A stretch of DNA of 64,000 nt, taken from contig CM000153.2 in the NCBI GenBank assembly GCA_000004695.1, positions 4,576,001 through 4,640,000 of the forward strand, given 5' to 3'. Shown piece by piece: positions 1 through 12,611 of the stretch. Numbering within the stretch: position 1 is the first letter of the stretch; each line of letters begins with the position of its first letter. The translations under genes were made by a program, and so were the position numbers. Source of the DNA: Dictyostelium discoideum. Its lineage: Eukaryota. The notes below the pieces were generated by a model. The model saw only the letters and a list, made by a program, of their open reading frames with translations. It searched no databases and was not told where the DNA came from.

Positions 1-342
1 TAATGCTATAAATAGAATTATATAAGGTATATTATTGTTTTTTTGTTCTTTTTTCTTGTTTGTATCTTGAGGAGTTGTTTTTGTAGTTGGAATTGGAACA
101 TTTCTTTTTGAAATATTCGAAGATGATGAAGATGAGGATGGAGTAGAAGAGGGAGGTGGTGTAGAGGATGGAGTTGAGGAGGAGGAATAAAATGTACCTT
201 TTTTTTTATAATCTGAAATTAGTTCAGGAAAGAGTTTTACAAAAACTGGATTCTTTAAATTGAATGCCATCGATTGGGATGCAAGTTGTTTTCTAGTTTC
301 TTTTGATTTAACTATTGACCCAAACCCATTTTCATCTTCAGT
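1..342 (-). CDS. Ubiquitin-conjugating enzyme E2, J-type (Ubc6/UBE2J-like), exon 2; the 3' part runs off the window start
   Basis: Reverse-strand translation from 342 gives [48 protein letters not shown]..., then Ser/Pro-rich linker, then a hydrophobic tail ([10 protein letters not shown]) that is still open at position 1. This aligns to the region of UBE2J2 after the UBC core (SIETSDFTKRQLAVQSLAFNLKDKVFCELFPEV). A TATATACAG acceptor precedes it. The frame is continuous with exon 1 (phase 0). Confidence 0.6.
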
Positions 343-534
343 CTGTATATATAAGTTTTGTAGATATTGGTTAGTACAACAAATATTATTATTTATTATC
401 ATTATATCACACTATTGCTATTTTTGCTAATACTAATATAATACTAATTAAAAAAAAAGAGTATGATTATTTGGGAAATAATAATAATAATAATACTATA
501 ATAATAAATAAAAAAAAAAAACTAATAGACTTAC

Positions 535-885
535 CATGAATGAAATTAAACCTAAAATAATTGTGCAATTGGACCAAAAGGGTGACCAAGTATCAGGGTG
601 AAAATCAGACATTGAAGTGCAAATCCTTGAATTACAAACGAATCTACCTGATGGAGTAGTCATTAGAATTGAAGGTGGTTTGTATGGATATTCTACTGGG
701 AATATAATTTGACCATGGTAATATCCACCATGATATGGTGTGTCTGGTGGACCATAAATGACATAATGCCACTCCAAAATATTGCTAATCGAAGGTTTCG
801 CTATAAATATATCCTTTATATCCTCATTCTTTGATAATGCTAATAATTCTTTCTTTAATCTTGTCACACAAACTTGTGTACTCAT
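535..885 (-). CDS. UBE2J/Ubc6-like E2 exon 1 (UBC catalytic core)
   Basis: ORF 496..885 carries [69 protein letters not shown]. That is the HPN-less non-canonical E2 core typical of Ubc6/UBE2J, including the catalytic Cys in [17 protein letters not shown] donor follows the codon ATG (Met) at 535-537. The ORF tail beyond that is intron read-through. Confidence 0.75.
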
Positions 886-964
886 ATTTTTTTTTTTTTT
901 TTTTTTTTTTATAAAAATTTATTTAAATATTGTTTATATAAAAAGATAAGAAATTAAAAATAAG

Positions 965-995
<31 letters not shown>

Positions 996-1202
996 AAAAA
1001 AAAAAAAAAAAGAAATTATTTTTTTTTTATTTTTATTTTTTTTTATTTTTATTTTTTTTTTTTATTTTAATATTATCTGACCCAATAAATAAATAAATAT
1101 TTTTAATTTTCTTTTTTTTTTTTTTTTTTATTTTTTTTATAATTATTATTTTTTTATTATTTTTTTTTTTTTTTTTTTATTTTTTTTTTTTTATATTTGT
1201 AA

Positions 1203-2420
1203 ATGTCTTATTTTTCAAATTTAAGGGAAAGAATTTTTGGTAATAATGATAGCAATGGTGTGAACAACAGCAATAATAATAATAGTAATAATAATAATAA
1301 TTATGATTATGGAGCAACTGATATAACATTTAGAACAGAATTTTATCAATCAATTGATAGAGTTAGAGTATTAGTTATAGGTGATACAGCAGTTGGTAAA
1401 TCGTCATTAGTTCATTTAATTTGTAATGACCAAGCATTAACTAGGTCTCCATCATGGACTGTTGGTTGTAATACTGATGTCAAAATTCACGAATATCATT
1501 CAAAGGATTATTATATAGAATTTATTGATATTGGTGGATCAACTAAATATAAGATTACAAGACCAATACTTTATCATCAAATTAGTGGCATTATTGTTGT
1601 TTATGATTTAACCAATAAAATCTCTTTAAAAAATGTCAAGAAATGGATATTCGAAGTTTTAAATAAAATTTCACCAAACCAAACTTCTTCAAATTATAAA
1701 TTAAAAGAAACTGAAAGTAATCAAGTTTTAGAATTAGAAAATACAACAGATTCTTTAAATAATAATAATAGTAATACTAGTAATATTAACACCACCAATA
1801 GTAATAATAGTAATAATAATGGCTATTATTATTATCAACATCAATCACCAATTCAATCTTCACCAAATACAAATAATAATAATAATAATAATAATACGAC
1901 AACAACACCAACACAACAAACTCCAAATTTAAGAAGATTAAATTTTATAAATAGCCATAGTAAAAAGAATTTGGGAACTGAAAGTAATATAAATGTAACC
2001 AATAGTATTAGACCTACATTCCTATCACAAACATCATTATTTTTACCTTCAAATACTCAATCTCCAATTACACCACCAATAATTACAAATAAAAAGAAAT
2101 CAATTAATAGTAATAATGGCTATGGAAGTAATAAATCATTAAATAATATACCAGTACTAATAATGGGGAATAAATGTGATTTATATTTTGATAGACAATC
2201 AATCGAGTCTGATAGTCTTGGTAAGTTAAGTTTATTAGTCAGTGCAAAATTTCCTCAAACTTTTAGTCAATCATCTTATAATTTAAGTAGATTAGAAATA
2301 TTTTATAATAAAATGATCTCAAATTTAATTTCAAATAAAAGAGGTGGTAATCCAACTCATATGAGTTTTAATTCTCAAATTTATAATACTTTATTAAATA
2401 ATCCATCTCCACCACCAAAC

Positions 2421-2478
<58 letters not shown>

Positions 2479-2481
2479 GTA

Positions 2482-2514
<33 letters not shown>

Positions 2515-2885
2515 ATAATAATAGTAATATTAATTTTATGCAACAATCACCACCAATTTATTCATCTCAACACTCATACCCCACAGAAAGCGATTATTAT
2601 AGTTTAAATAATAATAATAATAATAATAATATTCAAATCGAATCGCCAACGACTCCATCACCACCACCATCTCAACTTTTTAATCAATATATAACTTCAA
2701 ATTTTACACCTCAACAATTAATGCCACCTCCAACTTTTATACCTACCCACAATAATAATAGTAATTTAAATAATAATACAAATAATAGTAATAATAACAA
2801 TTTGACTATCAACAATAATAGTAACAGTAGAACCCCATTAAGAAGTAGAAGTACATCTTTTGAAAGGAGTGCAAAAAATTTTTAA
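1203..2885 (+). CDS. Rab-like small GTPase (RABL3-like) with long Asn/Ser/Pro-rich low-complexity insertions
   Basis: N-terminus RVLVIGDTAVGKSSLVHLICNDQALTRSPSWTVGCNTDVKIHEY...YYIEFIDIGGS...GIIVVYDLTNKISLKNVKKW matches RABL3 (VLVLGDSGVGKSSLVHLLC...SWTVGC...YYIELWDVGGS). The later motif IPVLIMGNKCDL is the NKxD-like box. This is one continuous ORF. Confidence 0.7.
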
Positions 2886-2941
2886 TGTACAAATAGATCT
2901 CAACAACTAACAACCCAACAACAATGACAAACTACATAAAT

Positions 2942-2982
<41 letters not shown>

Positions 2983-3040
2983 AATATAACTATTTTAAAA
3001 AATAAAATCGACTTTATTTAATGTTTTATTATTTTTAATG

Positions 3041-3560
3041 CTAATTACTATTATTTTGATTATTATTATTATTACTATTATTTTGATTATTATTATTATC
3101 TTGATTTTGATAAGATAATTCAATTAATTTCTTTCTTTCACTTAATTTTGATAATTGATATTCGAGTGCTTTCTTTCTAGTTCTTCTTTCATTTAATAGT
3201 TTTACTTTGATATCTATTGACTCATCGATTGGTGTTTCACAAAGTTCAATCATTTTTCTAATATCTTGTTCAATCTTTTCTAATGGCTCAATCTTTGATT
3301 GATATTCCAATAAATTCTTTTCAATATATAAAGAGGAGGATGATAATGGTGTTTCATTTAAGTCACCAACATCAGAATCGATTGAAGCATCTGCAATATT
3401 ATTGTTATTATTGGTATTATTCTCTTCATCTTCAATAGTATTCTTTTGTTGTGAAGATGATAAAGATGTTGAAGAAGATGATGGTGTTGATGGTAAATTT
3501 TGGTTTGTAGTTTGAGTATTTGTTATAGTTATTGTTGGTAAATTTTGTTGTTGTAATTGC

Positions 3561-3635
<75 letters not shown>

Positions 3636-4600
3636 GATTGCTGTTGTTGTTGTTGTGATTGCTGTTGAGGTTGTTGTGGTGGTTGTTGAGATGATTTATT
3701 TTTACTTGAATTTGAAGAATTTGTAGAATTTGTTGAAGATGGTCTTTTAATTTCAGGTTGTTTTTGAATTTGAATTATTTCAAAATTTTCATCATCTTGA
3801 TCAGAATTATTTCTTGATAATTGTTTAATTGATTGAGAGATTAAATTTTGGAATAAAGTTGATAATTGACTTGGTAAATTATTATGAGTGACGATAGCAC
3901 ATTCGATTGTAAAATTTTGAAGGGATTGATTGAAAGGAATGGTATACCAATAATTATCTTGAATATTAAAGTAGTAACTAAAATTCCAACCAAATAAAAA
4001 CAATTTATTACCATAGTCAAAGAGTAATTTAAAAGGTTTATCGAAACAACCTTGGTTGGCTATAATTGGATATGGTAACGTTTTCATTCTATTCGAAGTG
4101 ATTGAATATCTTTTAAATGATTTAACAGTTAAAATGTAGATATGATTATTCTTTCTATCATTTCTAACGGCCAATACTCTACAATCGGATTCTGGTAAAC
4201 TAAATAATGGAAATAATCCAGAAGTGTAACCATACTTTATTGACTGACAACTGAATGAATAAACTTGTAAATTTGGTTTACCATTCTCTTGATCCAATGT
4301 GCCACCAAATAAATAAATATTCTTTGAACCATCATAAGCCGCTAATAAATTTGAGATTTGAATATCATAATCATCAACCACTTGAAATGAATTTGTAATT
4401 GTATCATACAAATAAACATCCTTAATTAACTTTCCACTCTTTATTCTTGATTTACCACCAAATATATATATTGATTTAAATCCATCATAAACTGGTGTTG
4501 ATGTTTGATTCAATTCAATTGGTAATAATCCTAAATTTTCCCAACTATTTGTTGGTAAACAAAATCTATATAAATAGTTATCACAACCATTATTATTATA

Positions 4601-4674
<74 letters not shown>

Positions 4675-4914
4675 AATTTATATTACAACTAATATTACAA
4701 CAATTATTTGCACTAAATGAATAAATATATTTATTAGCAACTTGTATCCAAATACCTCTTCTGTTTGATAAATCACCAAATTGAATTGTTCTCCATTTCA
4801 TATCGGTAACATTTAACATTTCCATTTTATAAAATGCTTCATCTTCAATAATTAATGATTCTGAATCCTCATTATTTATACCACCACCTCCACCAACAAT
4901 TCCACCACTATTTC

Positions 4915-4948
<34 letters not shown>

Positions 4949-5515
4949 ATTATTATCATCTTGTTTTAATAAAGTATAAATAAAGAAACCATTATCAGAT
5001 AAAGTTTCAGTTGAAGTGATAGTACCATAATTTTCAATACCAATTGATTCAAAATTTGTTAAGAGTACACATGATAATGGTTGATCTAAAAACTCTAAAT
5101 TGTCTCTATATGATTTCATTGCAAAATTTCTTTCACAAAATTCAACAAAACAATCATTATCTTTTAATAAAAGTTGTTTTTCAATTTGTAATAATTTAAT
5201 ACCATTGCCACTATTACTACTAATACTACTACTACTACCGCTAGAATTATTATTTATATTTGAATTTGAGGCTGATGATGAAAGTGAAGATGAAGATGAT
5301 AATGAAGAAGAAGAAGATGAAGATGATTCACCAACTGAACCTTTTTTCTTTGCTAAATTTTTATTATTACTAATACTACCACTATTATTTATTGTATGAT
5401 TTTCTTCTTTTGATCTACCAACTTCTTCTTGTTCCTCTTGTTCTTCTTGTTCTTCATTCTCTTCAATTATTGGTGGTTGTTTTTGTTGTTTTTGTTGTTG
5501 TGATTGCATTTGCTG

Positions 5516-5601
<86 letters not shown>

Positions 5602-6076
5602 GATGTTGTTGTTGTTGTTGATTATTTAATTTTATAGGTGAAAAACAATTTTCAATTGAATCTAAATATTTTAATTTCTCTTGAATATCTTGTTTTTTCT
5701 GATTGAATTTATCTTGAAGTTGTTTTAATAATTGAGATTCTCTATTTGCAATTAGTATCGATAAATCTTTAAATTGATTTGTAATTGCATTTTTACAACT
5801 TTCATAAGATTCTAATAATGATCCAATCTCGTCTTGGAGTGATGTTATCTTTTTTTGATACTCCTCATAGGAGGGCATCTCTGATGATAATTGATTATAT
5901 GATTTATAGAGGTTATCCAAATCATCACATTCTGTAAAATCTTTATGTTTATGACCTTTATGAACTCCTAATAAACATGCTTTACAAACTAAACATTCAC
6001 ATTCTTGACAAAATGAATAATATTTTTGTTCTTTATGAATTTTACATTCTTTTTGTCTTGAATATATTAATACCAT
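3041..6076 (-). CDS. B-box zinc finger / coiled-coil / Kelch-repeat protein (TRIM-like architecture) with polyQ and polyN tracts
   Basis: N-terminus CKIHKEQKYYSFCQECECLVCKACLLGVHKGHK is a B-box type Cys/His finger. Coiled-coil heptads follow (QDEIGSLLESYESCKNAITNQFKDLSILIANRESQLLKQLQDKF). Then come repeated Kelch-like blades (IYIFGGKS, IYLFGGTLDQ, W-x-x-L motifs) and a C-terminal coiled-coil. The ORF is an uninterrupted 1011 codons. Confidence 0.65.
3541..3700 (-). repeat. (CAA)n trinucleotide microsatellite encoding a run of more than 40 Gln inside the B-box/Kelch gene
   Basis: The plus strand reads (TTG)n almost perfectly from about 3541 to 3700, which is CAA on the coding strand. The ORF shows QQQQ... 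in this interval. Confidence 0.9.
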
Positions 6077-6478
6077 ATTAAATATATAGTTATATATATA
6101 ACTATATTTATATTTATATATTTATATATTAAAATTAAAAATATATGTAAATAATTTTATTTGTTATTAATTAACTTTGGTATTATTATTTATTTTTTTT
6201 AAAAATAAAAACAAAAAGAAAAAATTGATAATATTTTTAAAGATTGATTTATTTTTTTATTATTATTTTTTTTTATTTTTTTATTTTTTTTTTTTTCAAA
6301 AAAAAAAATTTATGATAATAATATAATTTTATTTTATTTTTATATTATTGATGATTTATTATTAAATCTTTTTTTATTATTATATATTGTTTTGTGTTTT
6401 TTTTTTCTTTACTATCTATTATTTATTTACTATTATTTTTTTTGTTTTTGTTTTATTTAATATTTATTATTATTGTTA

Positions 6479-6564
<86 letters not shown>

Positions 6565-7061
6565 TACGAAAGTGCACAAAGTGAGTGATAGTGTTATTTT
6601 TAGTTTATTGTTATAAAAATATATAATTAAAAAATAAATAAATAAAATAATAAAATAAAAATAATAAAAAAATATTAAAATAAAAAATAAAAAAATAAAA
6701 AATAAAAAAAAAAGGATTAATTAATTTAGAATTAATAAAATTCTTTTAAAAATTTAAGTGGGTGAGTTTATTTTGGTGTGTGTTCGAGTGGGGAATGTTT
6801 AATTAAATGATAAAAATCACGATCAAAAAATAAAAAATTAAAAAAATAAAAAATTTTACACACAAAAAAGATTCATATGAGCTAACTATGGTGATCAAAT
6901 TAATTTGTGATGATGGACGATGTGTTGTAATGTGATTAGTGTATATATATGTGTGTGTGTGTGTGTTTATGTGATTTATTTATCTGTATTTTTTTTATTT
7001 TCTTATTATTATTATTATTTATTATTATTATTTTTTTATTATTACTATTTTTTTTTATTAT

Positions 7062-7099
<38 letters not shown>

Positions 7100-7745
7100 G
7101 ACATACAATAAAATTGCACTAGCGATTAATCACACCACATTATCCATAACAAAAAAAGAAAAAAAAAAGAAAAAAAAAATTTAAAAAAAAAAAAAAAAAA
7201 AAATAAAAAAATAAAAAAATAAAAAAAAAAAAATTTTATAAAATTATCTTTGAAATTAGATTTTTTTCCTTATTTAGAATCTTTGAAATTAAAAAAAGTA
7301 AAAATAAAAATAAGATAAAGTAAAAAAATAATATCTTTGAAAAAAGAAATAAATTTTTTGATTTTAAAAAAAAAAAAAAAAAAATATTTTAAAAGTAAAT
7401 AAATAATTATATAAATAATCAAGTTTATAACTTAGTAGGGGTGAGAGAGGAGTGGTGGTGGTGGGGGTTAGATTAGTTATGTTGGAAAACAAAACAAGTA
7501 AAAATAAAAAAATATAATACTTCTGTTTCAATTTAATTTATTATGATTATTTTATTTTATTTTTTTTTTTTTTTAATTAAAATTTCCTACAATAGATTTA
7601 TTTAAGATTCATCCTTCATTTTTAACTACTAATACAAATACTTTTTTTTACCTTTTTTTTTATAAAATTTTTTAAAAAAGATAAAAATATCTTCTGTTAC
7701 AAAAAAAAAAAAAAAAAACTGAAAACAGTTTTTAGCTATAAATAT

Positions 7746-7785
<40 letters not shown>

Positions 7786-7863
7786 AAAAATAAAAAAATT
7801 TGGATCAATTCTTTACTTTTACCAAAAAAATATTTTCAAGGACTTTGGGATTTTCAAAAAATT

Positions 7864-7908
<45 letters not shown>

Positions 7909-8277
7909 TAATAGAAGATATTTTCCTTATTTAGAAACTTTGAAACTAAAAAAAGTAAAAAAAAAAAATTTTATTCCTAGCCATTGTTCAAAAATAAAAA
8001 AACAAAATTATATTTTTAGAATTTGATAGACAGAATGATTACATTCATTTTTTTTATAATTTATATAATTTTGTGCCATTTGGAGTGTTCTATTTATCTA
8101 TACTAAATTCATAATATAAATAAAATTAATTCATTGTTACAAATAAAATAAAAAAAAAATAAAATGAAAAAAAAAAATGAAAATTTTTTTTTTTTTTTTG
8201 TCAAATTTGACAATATTTTCATTTTTTATTTTTTATTTTTTTTATTATACGGTTTTTGGTTAAATTAATCAATATTT

Positions 8278-8309
<32 letters not shown>

Positions 8310-8315
8310 AAAAAA

Positions 8316-9302
8316 ATGTTATTATTCAGAAATTTAAATAAAATTAATAAAAATAATTTAATTTTAAATATTTCAAAAAATATTCAAAAATCATCTTCAT
8401 CATTATCATATTCAACAAATGTTTTAAATAAAACCAATCAAGTTAATAATAATAATATTGAAAATGAAGAAAGTGAAGATATTAATAATGAAAATTATTT
8501 AAAACATTATAGTCAATCAAGAGAACAAATGATGAATGATTATAAAGATAAAACTGGTAAAGATATTTATGAATCAAAAGCTAGACCAATTACACACACA
8601 ATTAAAGAATTTAGAAAACAATTTAAAGATCAATTAGAAAATGGCAGTAAATTAACAGACATTGAACAACCAATCATTTTAGCAGGCCGTGTTAAATCAA
8701 TCCGTATCTCAAGTAATAAACTAGTATTCATTGATATTAATTCATCATTAACAAATCAAGAGATTTCATATACTGATATTATTCAACAGCAACAACAACC
8801 ACAACAAAATAGTGATAGTAATGAAAATAGTCGTATTAAAGGTGGTCAATATTCACTTCAAGTTATGGCAGATAAAAAATTTTATAAAAATTCATTAGAA
8901 TTTGAAAATATTATATTAAATTTAAGAAGAGGTGATATTATTGAAGTTAGTGGTTTACCAGCAAAAACTAAAGTTGGTGAAATTTCAATTATACCAATTG
9001 AAATCAATATTTTAACACCATGTGTTCGTCCAATTCCACAGAAATTAATTGATAAAGAAATTCGTTATAGAAATCGTCCATTGGATTTCTTAGTTAATCC
9101 AACAACTCAAAAACCATTTTATATTAGATCAAAAATGATTACTTATCTTCGTAAATTCTTGGTTGAAAAAGGTTATTTAGAAGTTGATACACCAATTTTA
9201 TCAACAAATGTTGGTGGTGCAAATGCAAAACCATTTAAAACTCATTCAAATTCTTTAAATTTAGATTTATTTTTAAGAATTTCACCAGAATTATTTTTAA
9301 AA
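8316..9302 (+). CDS. Lysyl-tRNA synthetase (class II), exon 1, with an N-terminal presequence-like extension (possible mitochondrial isoform)
   Basis: Anticodon-binding OB region RGDIIEVSGLPAKTKVGEISI and motif 1 region RYRNRPLDFLVNPTTQKPFYIRSKMITYLRKFLVEKGYLEVDTPIL. The exon ends ...PELFLK, followed by GTAAGT at 9303. The N-terminus MLLFRNLNKINKNNLILNISKN is basic and hydroxylated and lacks acidic residues (presequence-like). Confidence 0.8.
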
Positions 9303-9343
9303 GTAAGTATCACATATTATTTTTTTAATTTAAAATTTATTTA

Positions 9344-9390
<47 letters not shown>

Positions 9391-9397
9391 AAAAAAG

Positions 9398-10258
9398 CAA
9401 TTAATAATTTCAGGATTTGATAAAGTTTTTGAAATTGGTAAACAATTTAGAAATGAAGGCATTGATTTAACACATAATCCAGAATTTACAACATGTGAAT
9501 TTTATCAAGCATATGCAGATTATGAAACAATGATGACAATGACAGAGGAATTATTAAGTGGTATGGTTTATGATACATTGGGTAGTTATGAGGTGGTGTT
9601 ACCATCGAATCCAGATATTAAAATTAATTTTAAAGGACCATATCAAAGAATTAATTTCATTGATAAAATTCAAGAACTTACTGGTAGACAATTGCCAGAG
9701 GATTTAGTATCATATGATTGTATACCTGAATTATTGGATATTTGTAATGAGAATAATATAAGATGTAAAGAACCATATACACCAACTAGAATATTGGATG
9801 AAATGGCATCGACTCTATTGGAACCATTATGCATCCAACCAACATTCATCCAAGATCATCCATTGGCAATGTCACCATTGGCAAAGATACACCGTAATTC
9901 AGCACAACGTACTGAAAGATTCGAACTATTCGTCGGTGGTAAAGAATTGGTTAATGCATACAGTGAATTAAATGATCCAAAAGAACAAAGAAAAAGATTC
10001 CTCGCTCAATCAATGGATCGTACAAGTGGTGATGAAGAAGCTCAAATACTTGATGAATCATTTTGTAATTCATTAGAATTAGCATTACCACCAACTGGTG
10101 GTTGGGGTTTAGGTATCGATCGTTTATGTATGTTATTCTCAAATACAACTACAATTAAAGATGTTATATTATTCCCAACTATGAAACCAATTAATCAACA
10201 AAAACAAGATAATAATCAACAACAACAACAACAACAAGAACAAGATAAAAAAGTATAA
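9398..10258 (+). CDS. Lysyl-tRNA synthetase exon 2
   Basis: After the AAAAAAG acceptor the frame reads [57 protein letters not shown]. This is near-identical to the human KARS motif-2 region ([45 protein letters not shown]). Motif 3 ([15 protein letters not shown]...[10 protein letters not shown]) is present. The exon 1/exon 2 junction ELFLK|QLIISG matches PELYHK|MLVVGG. Confidence 0.85.
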   Translation, partial: [286 protein letters not shown]

Positions 10259-10342
10259 ATAAATTTTATTTTATTTTTTATTTTTATTTCTTCTAAAAAT
10301 TCTATTTGTTTTGTTTTTTGTATTTTATTTTATTTTATTTTA

Positions 10343-10975
<633 letters not shown>

Positions 10976-11033
10976 TTATTAATAATACATAAATATATAA
11001 CTAATAATATTATTATCAATAGAATATACATAC

Positions 11034-11173
11034 CATTTTTCTAATTCTGTTGAAATTAACCAAATAATGATTGGAAGATTTTCTCTTTCTTTATAAGTTG
11101 GTAAAATAATAGTATATTTATCCTTGGTTATTGAACTTGATGAACTTTTATCACTTCTATTTTTTGTTGACAT
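11034..11173 (-). CDS. dpm1: DPM1 exon 1
   Basis: MSTKNRSDKSSSSSITKDKYTIILPTYKERENLPIIIWLISTELEK aligns to the DPM1 N-terminus ([23 protein letters not shown]). A GTATGT donor follows AAATG at 11033. The intron is 66 nt by my reading. The exact junction is uncertain by a few bases. Confidence 0.65.
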
Positions 11174-11625
11174 TTTACTATATAAATTTACTAATATTTA
11201 ATAAAAAATATACAAATAATAAAAAAAAAAAAAAGAAATAATAATATTAAAATATAGGGGTATCGTGTTCAATGATAATAAAAAAAAAAAAAAAAAATTG
11301 AATTTTTTTTTTTTTTTTCTTTTTTTTTTTTTTTTTCAGTCCACCTCTTTTTATTTTTTTTTTTTTTTTTTATTTATCGATTGATCCTTTTTTTATTATT
11401 TTTTTAAAGTAAAAACACAATAAATTAAATTTAATTTTTTATGATAAAATTAATTCTAATTTCTTTTTTTTTTAATTATTTTAATTATTTTTTTTTTTAT
11501 TTTTTTATTTTATTAATATTTACAAGTTTCCAAAGAATATCATTTTTTTTTTAAATTTTCTTTTTCTATACATAGGTTATTTTTTATATATTAAAAAAAA
11601 TAAAAAAAAAAATAAAAAAAATTGA

Positions 11626-12010
11626 TTATAAATTATCTTCATCTCTAATTACAGCTTCTTCACCTAAACTATTTTTAATTTCTTTTAAAACTTCTTTGGC
11701 ATCAATTCTATCCTCACAATCTTCAATTACTAAATGTACTTCAACTTCTGATGATGGTGCAATATTTAATATTTGTAACATTTCACCTGTTAAAATTTTA
11801 CAACCTGATGTATCTGCTAATTTAGTTACACTCTTTTTACATTCTTTAACTGATTCAATGGTTTGTTTTGATGCTGGTGTTGTTTCTAAATATCTAATTA
11901 CATTATTAACAAATTCATTTAATAATACTTGTTCCTCAATTCTTCTTTTATGTTTTAATAGTTGAAGTACTTCAAAATTTGTAATAATTTCTTCTTTATC
12001 TTTTTTTATT
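11626..12010 (-). CDS. RNA polymerase III subunit RPC9 / CGRP-receptor component protein homologue (Rpb4/RPC9 family), main exon
   Basis: Reverse translation reads (I)KKDKEEIITNFEVLQLLKHKRRIEEQ...VIRYLETTPASKQTIESVKECKKSVTKLADTSGCKILTGEMLQILNIAPSSEVEVHLVIEDCEDRIDAKEVLKEIKNSLGEEAVIRDEDNL*. Compare human CRCP NYEVFQLL...[47 protein letters not shown] acceptor lies immediately 5' of 12010. The listed plus-strand ORF 11696..11965 is the antisense of this exon. Confidence 0.7.
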
Positions 12011-12016
12011 CTAAAA

Positions 12017-12051
<35 letters not shown>

Positions 12052-12182
12052 AAAATAAAAAAAATTATAAAAAATAATAAAAAATTATAAAAAATTATAA
12101 AATTTTTTTTTTTTTTTTTTGATAATATTAGAAATTGAATATGTTTTAATAATATTTCGATTATTATTTTTTCCTATTTTAC

Positions 12183-12190
12183 ATTTTCAT
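12183..12190 (-). CDS. Putative 8-nt first coding exon of the RPC9 homologue (ATGAAAAT + GTAAAA donor)
   Basis: This is the nearest upstream minus-strand ATG. With a 172-nt AT-rich intron it joins in frame to give MKI-IKKDKEEIITNFEVLQLL, which parallels the short human N-terminus. It is purely a splice inference with no homology support at this length. Confidence 0.25.
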
Positions 12191-12406
12191 TTCAACTTTT
12201 GAAAACTTTTGCCAACAAACTACCAATTTTTATTTTTTTTTTTTTATTTTTTTTTTTTTTTCACAATTTTTTTTTTTTTTTTTAATTTTTTTTTATTTAT
12301 TTTTATTTTTTTTATTTTTATATATTTTATTTTTTATTTTTTTTTTTTTTAATTTCAAATTTTTAATTTTTAATTCAAATAAATATAAATATATAATATA
12401 CAAATA

Positions 12407-12490
12407 ATGGTTAAAAGTAGAGATTCTGATTCCGATGATGATTTGGATGAGGAGTTATTTCAATTAACTGAAAAGAAATCAAATAAAAGA
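12407..12490 (+). CDS. rtf1: RTF1 (Paf1 complex subunit) exon 1
   Basis: MVKSRDSDSDDDLDEELFQLTEKKSNKR, followed by a GTATAT donor at 12491. It joins in phase 0 to the downstream ORF. Confidence 0.6.
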
Positions 12491-12611
12491 GTATATTATT
12501 TATATGAATATTCATTATTTATTAAATTATTTTATTATTATTATTAATATATACTAATTTTATTAATATTTTTATTTATATTTTATTTTTATCATTTATT
12601 ATTTATTATAG

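Noticed and set aside
3532-3726. ORF MLVNFVVVIAVVVVV... (and similar poly-V/poly-I/poly-L/poly-Y/poly-K ORFs at 5100-5637, 6394-6588, 6920-7111, 20193-20414, 25184-25411, 25591-25974, 36151-36567, 37327-37983, 47834-48184, 53168-53924)
   Set aside because: These are alternate-frame or antisense readings of trinucleotide microsatellites and homopolymer runs. They show no start context, no conservation and pure low complexity.
7441-7480. GC-rich motif GTGAGAGAGGAGTGGTGGTGGTGGGGGTTAG in the intergenic desert 6100-8300
   Set aside because: It is an isolated short G-rich patch with no associated ORF, repeat partner or recognisable RNA structure. It may be a promoter element, but I cannot support a call.
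11696-11965. Plus-strand 89-aa ORF
   Set aside because: The opposite strand encodes a clearly conserved RPC9/CGRP-RCP homologue across the same bases. The plus ORF is antisense noise.
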